Source: Chrysomallon squamiferum (Eukaryota > Animalia > Mollusca). Taken from it: 64,000 bases of DNA. The translations under genes and the position numbers were made by a program. The notes beneath the pieces are model-generated. The model was not told the origin of the DNA. It ran no database searches and was given only the letters and a program-made list of their open reading frames with translations. This document shows, in pieces, positions 14,350 to 26,905 of the stretch. The stretch spans positions 6,262,001 to 6,326,000 of the forward strand of contig CM022669.1 of assembly GCA_012295275.1 (NCBI GenBank). Direction: 5' to 3'. Every line of letters starts with the position of its first letter. Position 1 is the stretch's first letter.

Positions 14350-15057
14350 ATAGGAGTCAAAGAGAAAAAGGTCATTCTGAATTTATTTATTTATTTATTC
14401 ATTCATTCATTCATGTATAGATTTGTTTATTTATTTTATTGGTTATTTGCAATCCCTTTATAAATATACTTCTCTAAGCTATAGATCTGTTAGTATGTTT
14501 TTGGTTGTAAGTTTATTTTCTTTTTCTTTTTTTTCTCTTCTTTCTTTTTTAATTTTTTTTTTTTTTTTTTGGTTGTGGTGGTGTTTGTTAGTTGCATCAT
14601 TGATACTTTACATTTACTTAGGAAGTGTGCGATTATGTAATAAAAATAATTTAAAACGTAATACTGAATTTACCAAAAAAAAATAATAATAATAAGTAAA
14701 CAAACAAACAAACACACAAACAAGCAAACAAACAAACAAACAAACAAAAAAACAAACAAACAAAAAACCAGATTGCATGTTTTGTATAGATGCGCAAAGG
14801 AAAATACAAGAGACCGTCAGCACTTACCAAGCCTCGTCTGGTACATCCGCACTAAAATAACAAACATCTAACTTTTTTTTTTTTTAACGTTTTTAAACAA
14901 ACTAACACGCTACCGCTGATCCTATACAAATTACGACCACAGTATGTTTTAGCTGTACACTCTATTACAGAATAATGTTCCCCGTCCTCACAAAACTGCC
15001 AAAATGATCATCATCTCAATTTACTCGCTCTAGTAAGCAACAATGAACCACGGCACT

Positions 15058-15100
<43 letters not shown>

Positions 15101-15370
15101 CTCTGATCGTGAGGATCATTAATTCACAATATGATCAATATTGCTCCCTGAATGCATCGACCGGGACGGGTCACAGGGGTGGTGCACTGGATGCCGATGG
15201 CCATCATAACCATTCAGAACATGACTGGTGAGCTCTATTAGATTACTGACACGCCATTTGCTGTGATGTCCATCATGGGAACGCTGAGAACTGAGATGCA
15301 ATTAGCCAGCGAGAACGCTGTTGTCATTTGGTACACACAACACAGTAGCATTAATAAACCCGACTGATGT

Positions 15371-15407
<37 letters not shown>

Positions 15408-15603
15408 AAAGAAAAACTATACGCTGTATGTTACTGTGTGTGAGTGCGTGTGCGTGTTTATGTATGTGTGTTTATTTATGATATCTTTGTGTCTTCATCT
15501 CTCTCTTTTTTTGTTTCGTTTTAGCTTTCTGACTCTCTTTATTTATACCTCTCTATCTGTGTCTTTCTTTCTATCTGTCTGTCTGTCTCTCTCTCTCTCT
15601 AAG

Positions 15604-17953
15604 TAGTTAAGATATTAGTGTTTGAACTATAATACTAACTAGTTAACATGTTAGACACTGAACTATTGTACTAACTAGTTAACAAGAGAGATACTGAACT
15701 AGTCATACTAACTAGTTAACATGTGAGACACTGAACCATCATACTAACACTTAACATGTGAGAAACTGGACTATCATACTAACTAGTTAACATGTTAGAC
15801 ACTGAACTGTCATACTAACTAGTTAACATGTTAATCACTGAACTTTAATACTAACTAGTTAACGTGATACACTGAACTATAATACTAACTAGTTAACATG
15901 TGAGACACTGAACTATAATACTAACTAGTTAACATGTGATACACTGAACTAGTCATACTAACTATTTAACATGTTAGACACTGAACTATAATACTAACTA
16001 GTTAACATGTTAGACACTGAACTAGTCATACTAACCAGTTAACAAGGTAGACACTGAACTATAATACTAACCAGTTAACATGTGAGACACTGAACTATAG
16101 TACTAACTAGTTAACATGTTAGACACTGAACTATAATACTAACCAGTTAACATGTGAAACACTGAACTATAATACTAACCAGTTAACATGTGAGACACTG
16201 AATTATAATACTAATTAGTTAACATGTGATACACTGAACTATAATATAACTAGTTAACATGTTAGACTCTGAACTAGTCATACTAACCAGTTAACATGTT
16301 AGACACTGAACTATAATACTAACCAGTTAACATGTGATACACGGAACTATAGTGCTAACTAGTTAGAATGTTAGACACTGAACTAGTCATACTAACCAGT
16401 TAACATGTGAGACCACTGAACTATAGTGCTAACTAGTTAACATGTTAGACACTGAACTAGTCATACTAACCAGTTAACATGTTAGACACTGAACTATAAT
16501 ACTAACTAGTTAACATGTTAGACATCGAACTATAATACTAATTAGTTAACATGTTAGACACTGAACTATCATACTAACTAGTTAACATGATAGACACTGA
16601 ACTGTCATACTAACCGGTTGACAAGAGAGACACTGAACTGTCATACTAACCAGTTAACAAGTTAGACACTGAACTGTCATACTAACTAGTTAACATGTGA
16701 TACACTGAACTAGTCATACTAACCAGTAAACATGCGAGACACTGAACTATAATACTAACCAGTTAACATGTTATACACTAAACTGTCATACTAACTAGTT
16801 AACATGTTAGACACTGAACTGTCATACTAACTAGTTAACATGTTAGACACTGAACTATACTACTAACCAGTTAACATGTTAGACACTGAACTATAGTACT
16901 AACTAGTTAACATGCGAGACACTGAACTATAATACTAACTAGTTAACATGTTAGACACTGAACTATAATACTAACCAGTTAACATGATAGACACTGAACT
17001 GTCATACTAACCAGTTAACAAGTTAGTCACTGAACTATTGTATTAACTAGTTAACATGTTAGACACTGAACTATAATACTAACCAGTTAACAAGAGAGAC
17101 ACTGAACTAGTCACACTAACCAGTTAACAAGAGAGACACTGAACTATCATACTAACCAGTTAACATGTTAGACACTGAAGTATAATACTAACTAGTTAAC
17201 ATGTGAGACACTGAACTATCATACTAACCAGTTAACGTGTTAGACACTGAACTATAATACTAACTAGTTAACATGTTAGACACTGAACAATAATACTAAC
17301 TAGTTAACATGTTAGACACTGAACTATAATACTAACCAGTTAACATGATAGACACTGAACTGTCATACTAACCAGTTAACATGTTAGACACTGAACTATT
17401 GTATTAACTAGTTAACATGTTAGACACTGAACTATAATACTAACCAGTTAACAAGAGAGACACTGAACTAGTCACACTAACCAGTTAACAAGAGAGACAC
17501 TGAACTATCATACTAACCAGTTAACATGTTAGACACTGAAGTATAATACTAACTAGTTAACATGTGAGACACTGAACTATCATACTAACCAGTTAACGTG
17601 TTAGACACTGAACTATAATACTAACTAGTTAACATGTTAGACACTGAACAATAATACTAACTAGTTAACATGTTAGATACTGAACTATAATACTAACTAG
17701 TTAACATGTGATACACTGAACTATAATACTAACTAGTTAACATGTTAGACAGTGAACTATAATACTAACTAGTTAACATGTGAGACACTGAACTATCATA
17801 CTAACCAGTTAACAACAGAGACACTGAACTAGTCATACTAACCAGTTAACAAGTTAGACACTGAACTGTCATACTAACTAGTTAACATGTTAGACACTGA
17901 ACTAGTCATACTAACCAGTTAACAAGAGAGCCACTGAACTATCATACTAACCA
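15604..17953. repeat. 36-bp (35-37) tandem satellite, about 65 copies; consensus GACACTGAACTATAATACTAACTAGTTAACATGTTA
   Basis: Directly visible head-to-tail units with no unique spacers. Variation is limited to a few positions (tataat/tagtcat/tgtcat; cta/cca; atgtt/atgtg/aagag). Confidence 0.98.
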
Positions 17954-19065
17954 TACGTCGCTGGACACAGCAGCAAACTTTCACGACAAATTTCCCTTGT
18001 CATAACACGTGTTTTCTAGCGCAGCTTCTTCTCCCGTTTCCTCTCGATGACCCCAATTAACACCCTCCAGAGAGTCGCACAAGATAACATTATGGTACTT
18101 AAGAGAGCGGCATGAAAAAAAATCTTATCTCCGAATTGTGTATAATTTGATATTCATATTAGCATCGTCAGGTTGCCGTAGTTCCCCGACAAATGGTCGT
18201 ATTGATGAAATGACTTGAAAATCGTTCCAGTTCCACTGAATCCTGCTCAGGAATTGTCAGATCGTTTTCAAATTCTAACAGAAAATGAAATAACAGATTT
18301 GCCTTCCCGGCGCCATTGGGTTTTGTTATGAGACCAGTCAATAAAAATTGGTTAGAATGCTTAAAGTTTCGAATTGCGTTATTGCGGGGTTTTTTATTTT
18401 TTTTTATTGCAAAGTTGTAGGTTTTATAATTATATAGGGTGTAATAGTTTACGGATTAATAAAAGTGAGCCACTAAAAATGAATCCTTCTACTCTTTATT
18501 TGTTCTTCTGAATGTTTTTTTTCTTAATATTTTTTAATTATTTATTTATTTTATTTTATTTCATTTTATTTATATTTTTATTCATTTATTTATTTATTTA
18601 TATTTATTCTTATTTTTTATTTCTTGTCGATATCTTGCATTATACTAATTTCAACCAGTATTCTGTTACACTTAAATTAAAAACTTAATTAACCTCTATT
18701 ATCTGCGGGAATGTTCGCTTCAGATGCTTAACACATATTCACAGACAAACGCTAATTACTATACATACGTGCATTCTCTTACACAAACACACTCACACAA
18801 ACACACTCACACACAAACATATTGTTCATCTTTAGCAGGTCGTTTTTAATGGAATACATGTTGGAACATTCTGAATCAAGGAAATCAGTTTTTTTTACCA
18901 GTCCCCAGGGAACCTTGTGGCAGATACATGAAAATTCAGCAGAGTCAAGTAATGTAATTATTGTCACATCAAATTAATAAGCAGTCACAGCTCTACAGTA
19001 GCAACAACTGAGTCATCATCATCGTCTTTAGTAGTATTAGTAGTTGTTGTTGTAATAGCAGCAGC

Positions 19066-19118
<53 letters not shown>

Positions 19119-21718
19119 ATGCAGAAGTATTATTAGTAATGAAAATAGTTATACTTAACAGTAGCCGTAGCGGTAGCTGAAGTAATAATAGTAGCGTACT
19201 AGTAGTAGTTGGAGTAGTAGACGTTGCAGTAGTAGTAATAGTAGTAGTAGTAGTTGTAGTTGTTGTTGTATCCGCATTATTTGTTGCGGTGGTAGTAATA
19301 GTAATATAGTTTTATTATTATTATTATTATTATTATTATCTATTTTTTTTTTTTTTTTTTTTATTACGTTTTACTGCTTTGTATAGGTTGTAAGTTGGAT
19401 GGAGAGAAGGAGAAAGAAAGAGATGGAATCTTTACTGAATGTTAGAAATGACAGAACAAATTTATATACATATATTAATAAGAAAAGTCGTGTTTGTTGG
19501 GGTTTTTTTTGTTGTTATTTTTTTCCAGGTAGCAATTAATTTACTTTTTGTTTTCTTCGAAACACAATACTAGCATACATATCGAATATATTACTTACAT
19601 ATAATAAATAACAATGTTACAAGACACATGACGGATGTTTGAACAAGAGAAACTATTGGATTTCAGTGCCAGAGTTTTTGTATTTGTGCTAATGAAACAA
19701 AAAGTTCTTGTTGCAGAGATCGTGTTAAAATTAAGGGTTAATTATCAACCTCATTAGCGATCGTACGTGACAAGTCTGATAAGTTCATCCACAAATCCGT
19801 TACGGGTTCACGGTCGGATTGGCTATCACTTGCTGACACGAAACATGCATAATGTATTTTTTTGTTTATTAATATTATCATTATTTTATTATTATTATTA
19901 TTATTTATTTATTTTATTTTATTTTACTATATTTTATTTTATTTTATTTTATTTTATTTTATTTTTTATTTTATTTTATTTTATTTTATTTTTTTTTTTT
20001 TATTTTATATATATATTTTTTGGTTTGTTTTTGTTATTGTTTGTAATTACAATTTTTTTCTTTGTTTTTTGTTGGTGGTGTTTTTCTTATTTTATTTTCT
20101 TATTATTTATTTATTTGTTGTTGTTGTTGTTGTTGTTTTTGGATGATTTTAACAGCCTTCTTATATAACTTTCTAATTAATTTACAAACATTTGTTTTTG
20201 TCCAGACCAACCCTTATCAGATTACAATGTCACATTTCCAACAATTTTTTTATTTTTTAAATAAATAAATGAAAAAAAAAAAAAAAAAAAAAATCATAAA
20301 AACAGGTGAAAAGAAAAAGTTAAGGAAAACGAAAGAAAAAAGAAAGAAAGAAAGAAAAAAAACGATGTTTTTAAAAAGAAAAAAAAAAAAAAAAGATGTT
20401 TTTAAAAAGGAAAGAAAAATCTCACCAGAATTCTCAAAAAAAAAAAAAAACGAGATTACACAACGAAGAACTGATCCGGCAACAGACATATGTTTGATTT
20501 TCTGTAACAGTATGTAAGCAATAGCTTTATTAAACGTGATTCGCGAAAACGAAGAGATCACCACTAAAAACTCAAACCGAACGACGTACCGTAGTTCCCC
20601 CAAGATAAACGCACGAGCGCCGAGGAATACGTAAATGACGTAAAAAAACACGATCCTCTTTTTTTTACAGTACTAATTCAATGACGACGAGCACGTGTCA
20701 GACGATGTCAGTTCAGAGAACACTTCAGCTCCGACGTCGACATTTGCTGAGAGATTTCGAGCTTTTTGTGGCTAAGTGAAGTTTGATCAAACTTCAAATA
20801 ACGTTATCCTCTTTGGATACGCGTCTCGTGGGACCGTCCAATTGTCTTTAAGGATGAAACAAATGCCTCGATAGAACCGGGTCCTAGAACTGTTCGCTTG
20901 CGTCGAGCCGGCGTCTGGATACTGCTAGCATCAGTTAATCGTGTTAGGAACTCTCAATCAGGTAGAGGCGCTTGTCGTTGTCAAAGGCGAAGGAGAGGTT
21001 GTCAGAGTCGAGTGCTGCTTTGATTCAATAACAGCAAGACTCGGAAGAAATGCGAGCGTTTTGCGTTAATTGCGTTAGAAGAGTTCTTTTCCAGAAGGCA
21101 GAATGATTGTGTAAGTGAGAAAGTGGGTAAAGGTATTTGTTCTCTTAGTAAACCGTTTTGCGTGGATCTTACACGACCTGAGATTGGTTCTTGGTGCCCG
21201 TGTCAGAGAAAATATCGTAACTATATTACTTTCTTCATTTCTCTCTTCTTCTTTTTTTCCTTCTATCATTTTTATCTATCCATCTATCTGTACATCTTTC
21301 TTTCTTTCTTTCTTTTAATGTATGTATGTCTCTGTGCATGTCTATATATATATATTTATATGTATGTATGTATGTATGTATGTGTGTTTGTATATATGTA
21401 TGTATGTGTATATATATGTTGTGTGTATGTATATATGTATGTATTATGTATGTATGTATGTATGTACGTATGTATATGTGTGTGCATATATATATATATA
21501 TTTGTATTCCTTATTTCTTTTCTCTCTTTGTCTGACTTTTTCGCTCGCTCTCTCACTGTTTATGCAGATTGATAGATTTCACACTGTATCTCTGTCTTTC
21601 TGTCTCTCTTTCTCTAGCCCTATCATACACTAATCTCGCAATTTTCACATGCTCACTATGTCAAAAACCAAGTTCTCTATTCTTTGCCATTGTTAACTTA
21701 CTTGACAAAAAGATCATT

Positions 21719-21921
21719 TCACCTAATCCAAGCTCGATGGACGCAGACGACAGACTGAGTACTCGAGATCCACTGAGCCAATAATCTGAAGCCGAGGAAG
21801 CCACTGGTGCTGCTTCGTACGTTATTTGTCTGGTTCATTCCATCAGAATGAGGACAAGAGTTTTTCAGTGAGACTAAGGAATGTTCTGTCTTCCTTACTT
21901 CCACTGTGAGAAATCTTTCTC
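21719..21921 (-). CDS. Putative alternative last coding exon of the Ig gene (or exon of an unrelated non-coding transcript)
   Basis: Acceptor ttctgttcattctccatcgtgctttacag| at 21922 and donor CAA|GTAAGT at 21701. The only long open frame is phase 1, matching the exon-7 donor. Translates (G)ERFLTVEVRKTEHSLVSL...CVHRAWIR*. No recognisable homology. Confidence 0.3.
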
Positions 21922-22633
21922 CTGTAAAGCACGATGGAGAATGAACAGAATTAACTTTGATAATCCTGTTCTTTTTTCCTTTCGATGTATTTATTCTGTA
22001 TGTAATTTTTAGTATTTGACTGAGATTACGAGAAGATCATAGTCAAATCAATGTTTAGAATATGTTGATATATCAAAGTTTCCTGGGACAAAATAGATGT
22101 AATAAGAATATTAATAATAGAAAAAGTAATAGTAGTGGTAGTAGTAGTAAAGGTAGAAGAAGAAGAAATAGTAGTAGTGGTGGTAGTAGTGGTAGTAGTA
22201 GTAGTAGTAGTAGTATATATATATATATAATCACATAAGCACATACTTAAATAGTGTGATAAATTAATTATATTTTGAAAGACTGTCTAATATATTAATT
22301 TATCTTTCTCCTAGCACGAATAGACTACATTTATATATATATATATATATATAATATAAACCACAACAAAATTCCAGATACACAAAAACAACAGTTTATT
22401 ACACAGAAGAAAACAAATTACAGCCATTTTTACATTCTTTCGTTTTGCGTTCATTTCCCATGTTTGATAGAATATGTACACTAACTAATAGCCACACGAA
22501 CAAAGTTTACAAATAACTTACAACCAATAGAAATCGTCGTTACAACTTACAAATGAGATATTTTGATACGTCGATGTAACGCTAGCCGATCCTGAGATTA
22601 ATTTGCATGTATCAGTGACGTTACAATGACGTA

Positions 22634-22677
<44 letters not shown>

Positions 22678-22963
22678 TTTAATGAACTTACAATTTCTAA
22701 TGGACCAAGGTTGTTTATATATTTGAAAGCATGTATTTATTTTGTTTTATTTATATTTTGTGCAGTGTGTATTTTAATTAAATATAATTAATCATTTGTA
22801 TGCGTATAAATACATGTATGTTTGTACGTGTTGCGTGTGTTATGTGCTGTTGTTATTACATATACATCAAGGTAGGAGCTATACAAGGCAATAAAATTAA
22901 ATGAGCACATCTATCATGTGCGTATAACAATCAACAGAATAATTACATATAACTATACAAGTA

Positions 22964-23007
<44 letters not shown>

Positions 23008-24061
23008 TCATCATGATAAATAGTTTTCTTTTTATATGAAATTAGTTTAATTTGATTTATTTACGTAGTATGTTTTGTTTATCTGTTCGGTGCTTTATAA
23101 ATTTCCAGAAAACTATCTAATCGCGTCAGAAGAAAGATAAGTTAAAAAAAAAAAAAAAAAAAAAAAATTAAAGTTTAAAAAAGAAAAGAAAAAAAAAAAA
23201 AAAAGCATTTTAAAAAGAAAGGGTTTATAACTTTTGATATAGACTGTCATTTTTTTGTTTGTTTTCAATCTGCAGCAATTTAGTGTGTTAATAAGAAAAA
23301 AAAAAAAAAATAAAAAAAAAAAAAGGAGTAAAAAGAGAAAAAATATGACTGATGCACGAAGCTTTAATTTAGTGTTGACGGAATGAATGACATGTAGTGA
23401 AGGGCCGAAAAGAAACAACAAATAATCACAGAACTGTACACACGAATGTCTAGAAGAAAGAAATTTTTTTTTTATTTTTTTTTTTAATCATTTATATTTT
23501 ATATACTTTGTTCTTCATCGAATACTTTTATCTTTTTTATGTTATGTTATTTAAATATTTATTTACTTAAATATTGATTTATTTAAAATTTATTTATTTA
23601 TTTATTTATTTATTTAGTTATTTATTTATTTAATCACGCATTCATTCATTCGTTCATCCATTCGTTAAAGATATAGATTAATGTTTATGGAATAGTCCTT
23701 TTTGTCATTGCCATCATAAATTTTTCAGATCAAGATTAAATCTAAACAATAAAAGTGACATTTTACTGGTTGAAGTAGCGAGGCGTTAGCGATGAAATGA
23801 ACGAAGTAAAGTGAAGATAATTTTGTAAATTTTAATAATTTAGGTATTTTTGTTTTATTTTCTGTTATACATAGCTATATATTTCAACTAATATATTTGT
23901 CTTGCATTTTATATTCTTAATGTAATAGCAAAAATTATTAATTAATTAATTAATTAATAAACACGTCTATATCATAATGTTTGCCGAAATCATGAACAGC
24001 CATTAATTTAAACATTAAAAGAGAAATAAAAATAGAGATTGTACATTAAACTTTCAGTTTT

Positions 24062-24116
<55 letters not shown>

Positions 24117-24352
24117 CACATATCATACAATTCATGACCAAGATTTCAAAACGAATTATTCTTGTTTCGTAATTTTATCGCATTATAAACTTCTTTCATA
24201 TTTGCGGTCCTTCACATTTTCCTGTTGACTGGGTTCGTTTGTTCTTTAAATCGTCTATAAAAGTTATCGATATGTTTTTTCAGTGTCCATTGTTTTCGCT
24301 GTCACAACTCAAAAGTTATTTGTGAGTCACGTGTCAGTTACGTTTGCACGTG

Positions 24353-24468
24353 TCATGACGTCATCTGGCTGATAAGGAGAACGACAAGCGTTAGCTGTAC
24401 TTTACAGTAAGTCACAGAACCTATCTCTCTTCTCGAAACGCCACTCACAGAGCCTGTACCGAAAACAC
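24353..24468 (-). CDS. Lachesin/DIP/IgLON-like gene, exon 8 (terminal; GPI-signal-like tail)
   Basis: Acceptor ttattttcag|GT, phase 1. (G)VFGTGSVSGVSRREIGSVTYCKVQLTLVVLLISQMTS*: a small-residue-rich segment followed by a short hydrophobic C-terminus. Confidence 0.75.
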
Positions 24469-24473
24469 CTGAA

Positions 24474-24507
<34 letters not shown>

Positions 24508-24652
24508 TGACGATAACTGTGTTGAAAAAAAGACAACAATACAAAGCAACCATAATAGGACGCAAAGAAACACACATACAAATGAATTAACAGACAAACT
24601 GACAGAAATACAAAACGTAAGACTGATAGATTAGATTTATATACAAAGATTT

Positions 24653-24683
<31 letters not shown>

Positions 24684-24723
24684 TCATCATCATCATCATC
24701 ATCATCATCATTATTATTATTAC

Positions 24724-24990
24724 CTGTAAGATGCGCTCCTCCATTAGGTCTTATGACGTCATGTGCGGATGGTGGGTATTGCGTTGTTTTATAACTCGGT
24801 CGTTTTCCTTTGGAGCTTCCCATTTCCCAGTTTCTGCCGTTGCCTTCTTTCAACACGTGTTTATTGCCATTCCACTGGTTGTGATACTGCTTGTCATTTG
24901 TCCGTCCGCTTTTGCCCTTACCACCCATGACGTAGACAGGCGGGGAGATGGGCAGTGGTGTCGTCGTCGTTGTTGTAGGCGGCTGAATCT
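24724..24990 (-). CDS. Lachesin/DIP/IgLON-like gene, exon 7 (Thr/Pro-rich and Gly/basic stalk)
   Basis: Acceptor tttttcag|AG, donor ACA G|GTAATA; 267 nt, phase 1 to 1. (E)IQPPTTTTTTPLPISPPVYV...NGGAHLT. Confidence 0.85.
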
Positions 24991-25232
24991 CTGAAAAATG
25001 AAGAAAAACAAATAAATAAAGAAATAAAGAAGGAAATAATATGGAATTGTCTACCACTTCTTTCTAGCCGTGTTATTTAAATAAGTAAATATATCAGTAG
25101 ATTTGAAAGACGAAGAAGAAGAAGATTGTGGGTTCATTCAGTCACTCAATAAGTCATCATTCTTCCATTTGTTCATTCTTTCTTATATATTCTTTCATTC
25201 ATCGCGACATTCACTCAATCCACGATACGTAC

Positions 25233-25520
25233 CGTACAATCGCATTTTGGCGCGACTTAGTCCGTGAGGATTTAGCGCCTCGCACGTGTAATCCCCGAAA
25301 TCGCTAGCCTCGATTTTCGCTATCCTCAGACTCAGAGTAACCATGTTTTCTGCTTCGTTGTACAGATCAACCTCGTACTTCCAGCTCGTGCCGATCTCCA
25401 CCCCACGTCGTTTCCATACAGTGACACCGAGCGGCGAAGAGGAGATAACGCATTCCAGGATGGTTTCTTTGCCGATCTGTTGTCCTATTTTGGAATTGGG
25501 AAGCGTTATTTCTGGTGGAT
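25233..25520 (-). CDS. Lachesin/DIP/IgLON-like gene, exon 6 (Ig domain 3)
   Basis: Acceptor tttccag|AT, donor TAC G|GTACGT; 288 nt. (Y)PPEITLPNSKIGQQIGKETILECVISSSPLGVTVWKR...LSLRIAKIEASDFGDYTCEALNPHGLSRAKMRLY, with the I-set C...W...DxGxYxC motif. Confidence 0.95.
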
Positions 25521-25636
25521 CTGGAAACGAATGAATAAACAGTTATAATTTGAAGTGGAAGAATTTATTGCTTTATTGGGTCAGGGATCATTAGTGGTTT
25601 TTTATTCTTTCTCTTGTCTTTTTCTTTTTTGATTTT

Positions 25637-25692
<56 letters not shown>

Positions 25693-25867
25693 TCTCTTTC
25701 TGCTTGTATCTATTCTTTCCATCTAGTTCTGTTTTTTTCTATCCATTTCCTTCTCTCGCTTTTTGTCTTTGTGTTTTTTTATCTATCTCTATGTATCTCT
25801 TCATCTATTTCTTCTTTCATTCTATATATTTTTTCTCTCTTCTTTTCTTTTTCTAGCTCTAGCTCTA

Positions 25868-25952
<85 letters not shown>

Positions 25953-25988
25953 TTCAACACATTTAGAAGAGGTAATTTGACAACTTAC

Positions 25989-26117
25989 ACTCGACTGTCA
26001 CTTTAAACTGTCGACTTTTTGCTGGCGGGACGCTGTTGTTCGCCACACAGATGTACGTGTCTGCACAAACCTGAGAAATGTTGTGAATCCGCAGAATCTC
26101 ACCCTCCATTCCGACCC
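25989..26117 (-). CDS. Lachesin/DIP/IgLON-like gene, exon 5 (Ig domain 2, C-terminal half)
   Basis: Acceptor ctttttgcag|GG, donor GAG T|GTAAGT; 129 nt, phase 1 to 1. (R)VGMEGEILRIHNISQVCADTYICVANNSVPPAKSRQFKVTVE, with the CVAxNxVPP signature. Frame not shown in the ORF track. Confidence 0.93.
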
Positions 26118-26446
26118 CTGCAAAAAGTGATATTTTAAATCAGACGAAACTGTCTTCAGCTGGAAGGCAATAGTATCATTCTGCCTTTCTCTTCTCCATC
26201 CATGATTGTTTAACAGAACGCCGAAGTTTTTTTTTTTTTTTTTTTTTCTATCTTGTATCCAAACGATTCTAGTTACATAACGGTTTTTAGACATAATTTA
26301 TATTTAAAATGAATAAGTGACATTAAGTCGAAAACACACATTAACTCTTAACAACGTACGAAACGAACATTAGTTCATCATTCATAAAGCAATGTTACTA
26401 GCACCACGCTTGTGACATCACACTTCAGTGACGTCTACTGACTTAC

Positions 26447-26596
26447 GTTCTTTTCGCTTGGTCGTGTGTCGATTCAGACGGAACCACGTGATGGTCGGAG
26501 GAGGACTGCCACTCGCATTACACATCAACTCGATACTCTCGCCAATCCGCGCCTTGATGTTGTTTGAAATCGTGTACGAATGTAACTTTGGCGGCA
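26447..26596 (-). CDS. Lachesin/DIP/IgLON-like gene, exon 4 (Ig domain 2, N-terminal half)
   Basis: Acceptor tcttttctcttaataag|TG, donor GAA C|GTAAGT; 150 nt. (V)PPKLHSYTISNNIKARIGESIELMCNASGSPPPTITWFRLNRHTTKRKE, with the LxCxAxGxPxPxIxW motif. Confidence 0.93.
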
Positions 26597-26753
26597 CTTA
26601 TTAAGAGAAAAGATAGAGCGATGAAGTTTCACTTTATGAGAAATAAAAAAAAATTAATTAATTATTCATCATTATCATCATCACCACCAGCAATGCCATT
26701 AATCATTAACTTTATTATAATTTTTCTGTTTTTCCTGCTGTTAATCCTGATCG

Positions 26754-26798
<45 letters not shown>

Positions 26799-26872
26799 AC
26801 ACACACACATACACACACCCACACATACACACACCCACACACATCATTATTACTGTTAATTCTTCTCTTCTT

Positions 26873-26905
<33 letters not shown>

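Noticed and set aside
15604-17953. CRISPR array (36-bp, partly palindromic repeat)
   Set aside because: Units are contiguous with no unique spacers, there are no cas genes, and the context is eukaryotic with spliceosomal introns.
25998-26294. 98-aa minus ORF in the track overlapping exon 5
   Set aside because: Wrong frame; the real exon (26117-25989) is in another frame and encodes the Ig2 C-terminal half.
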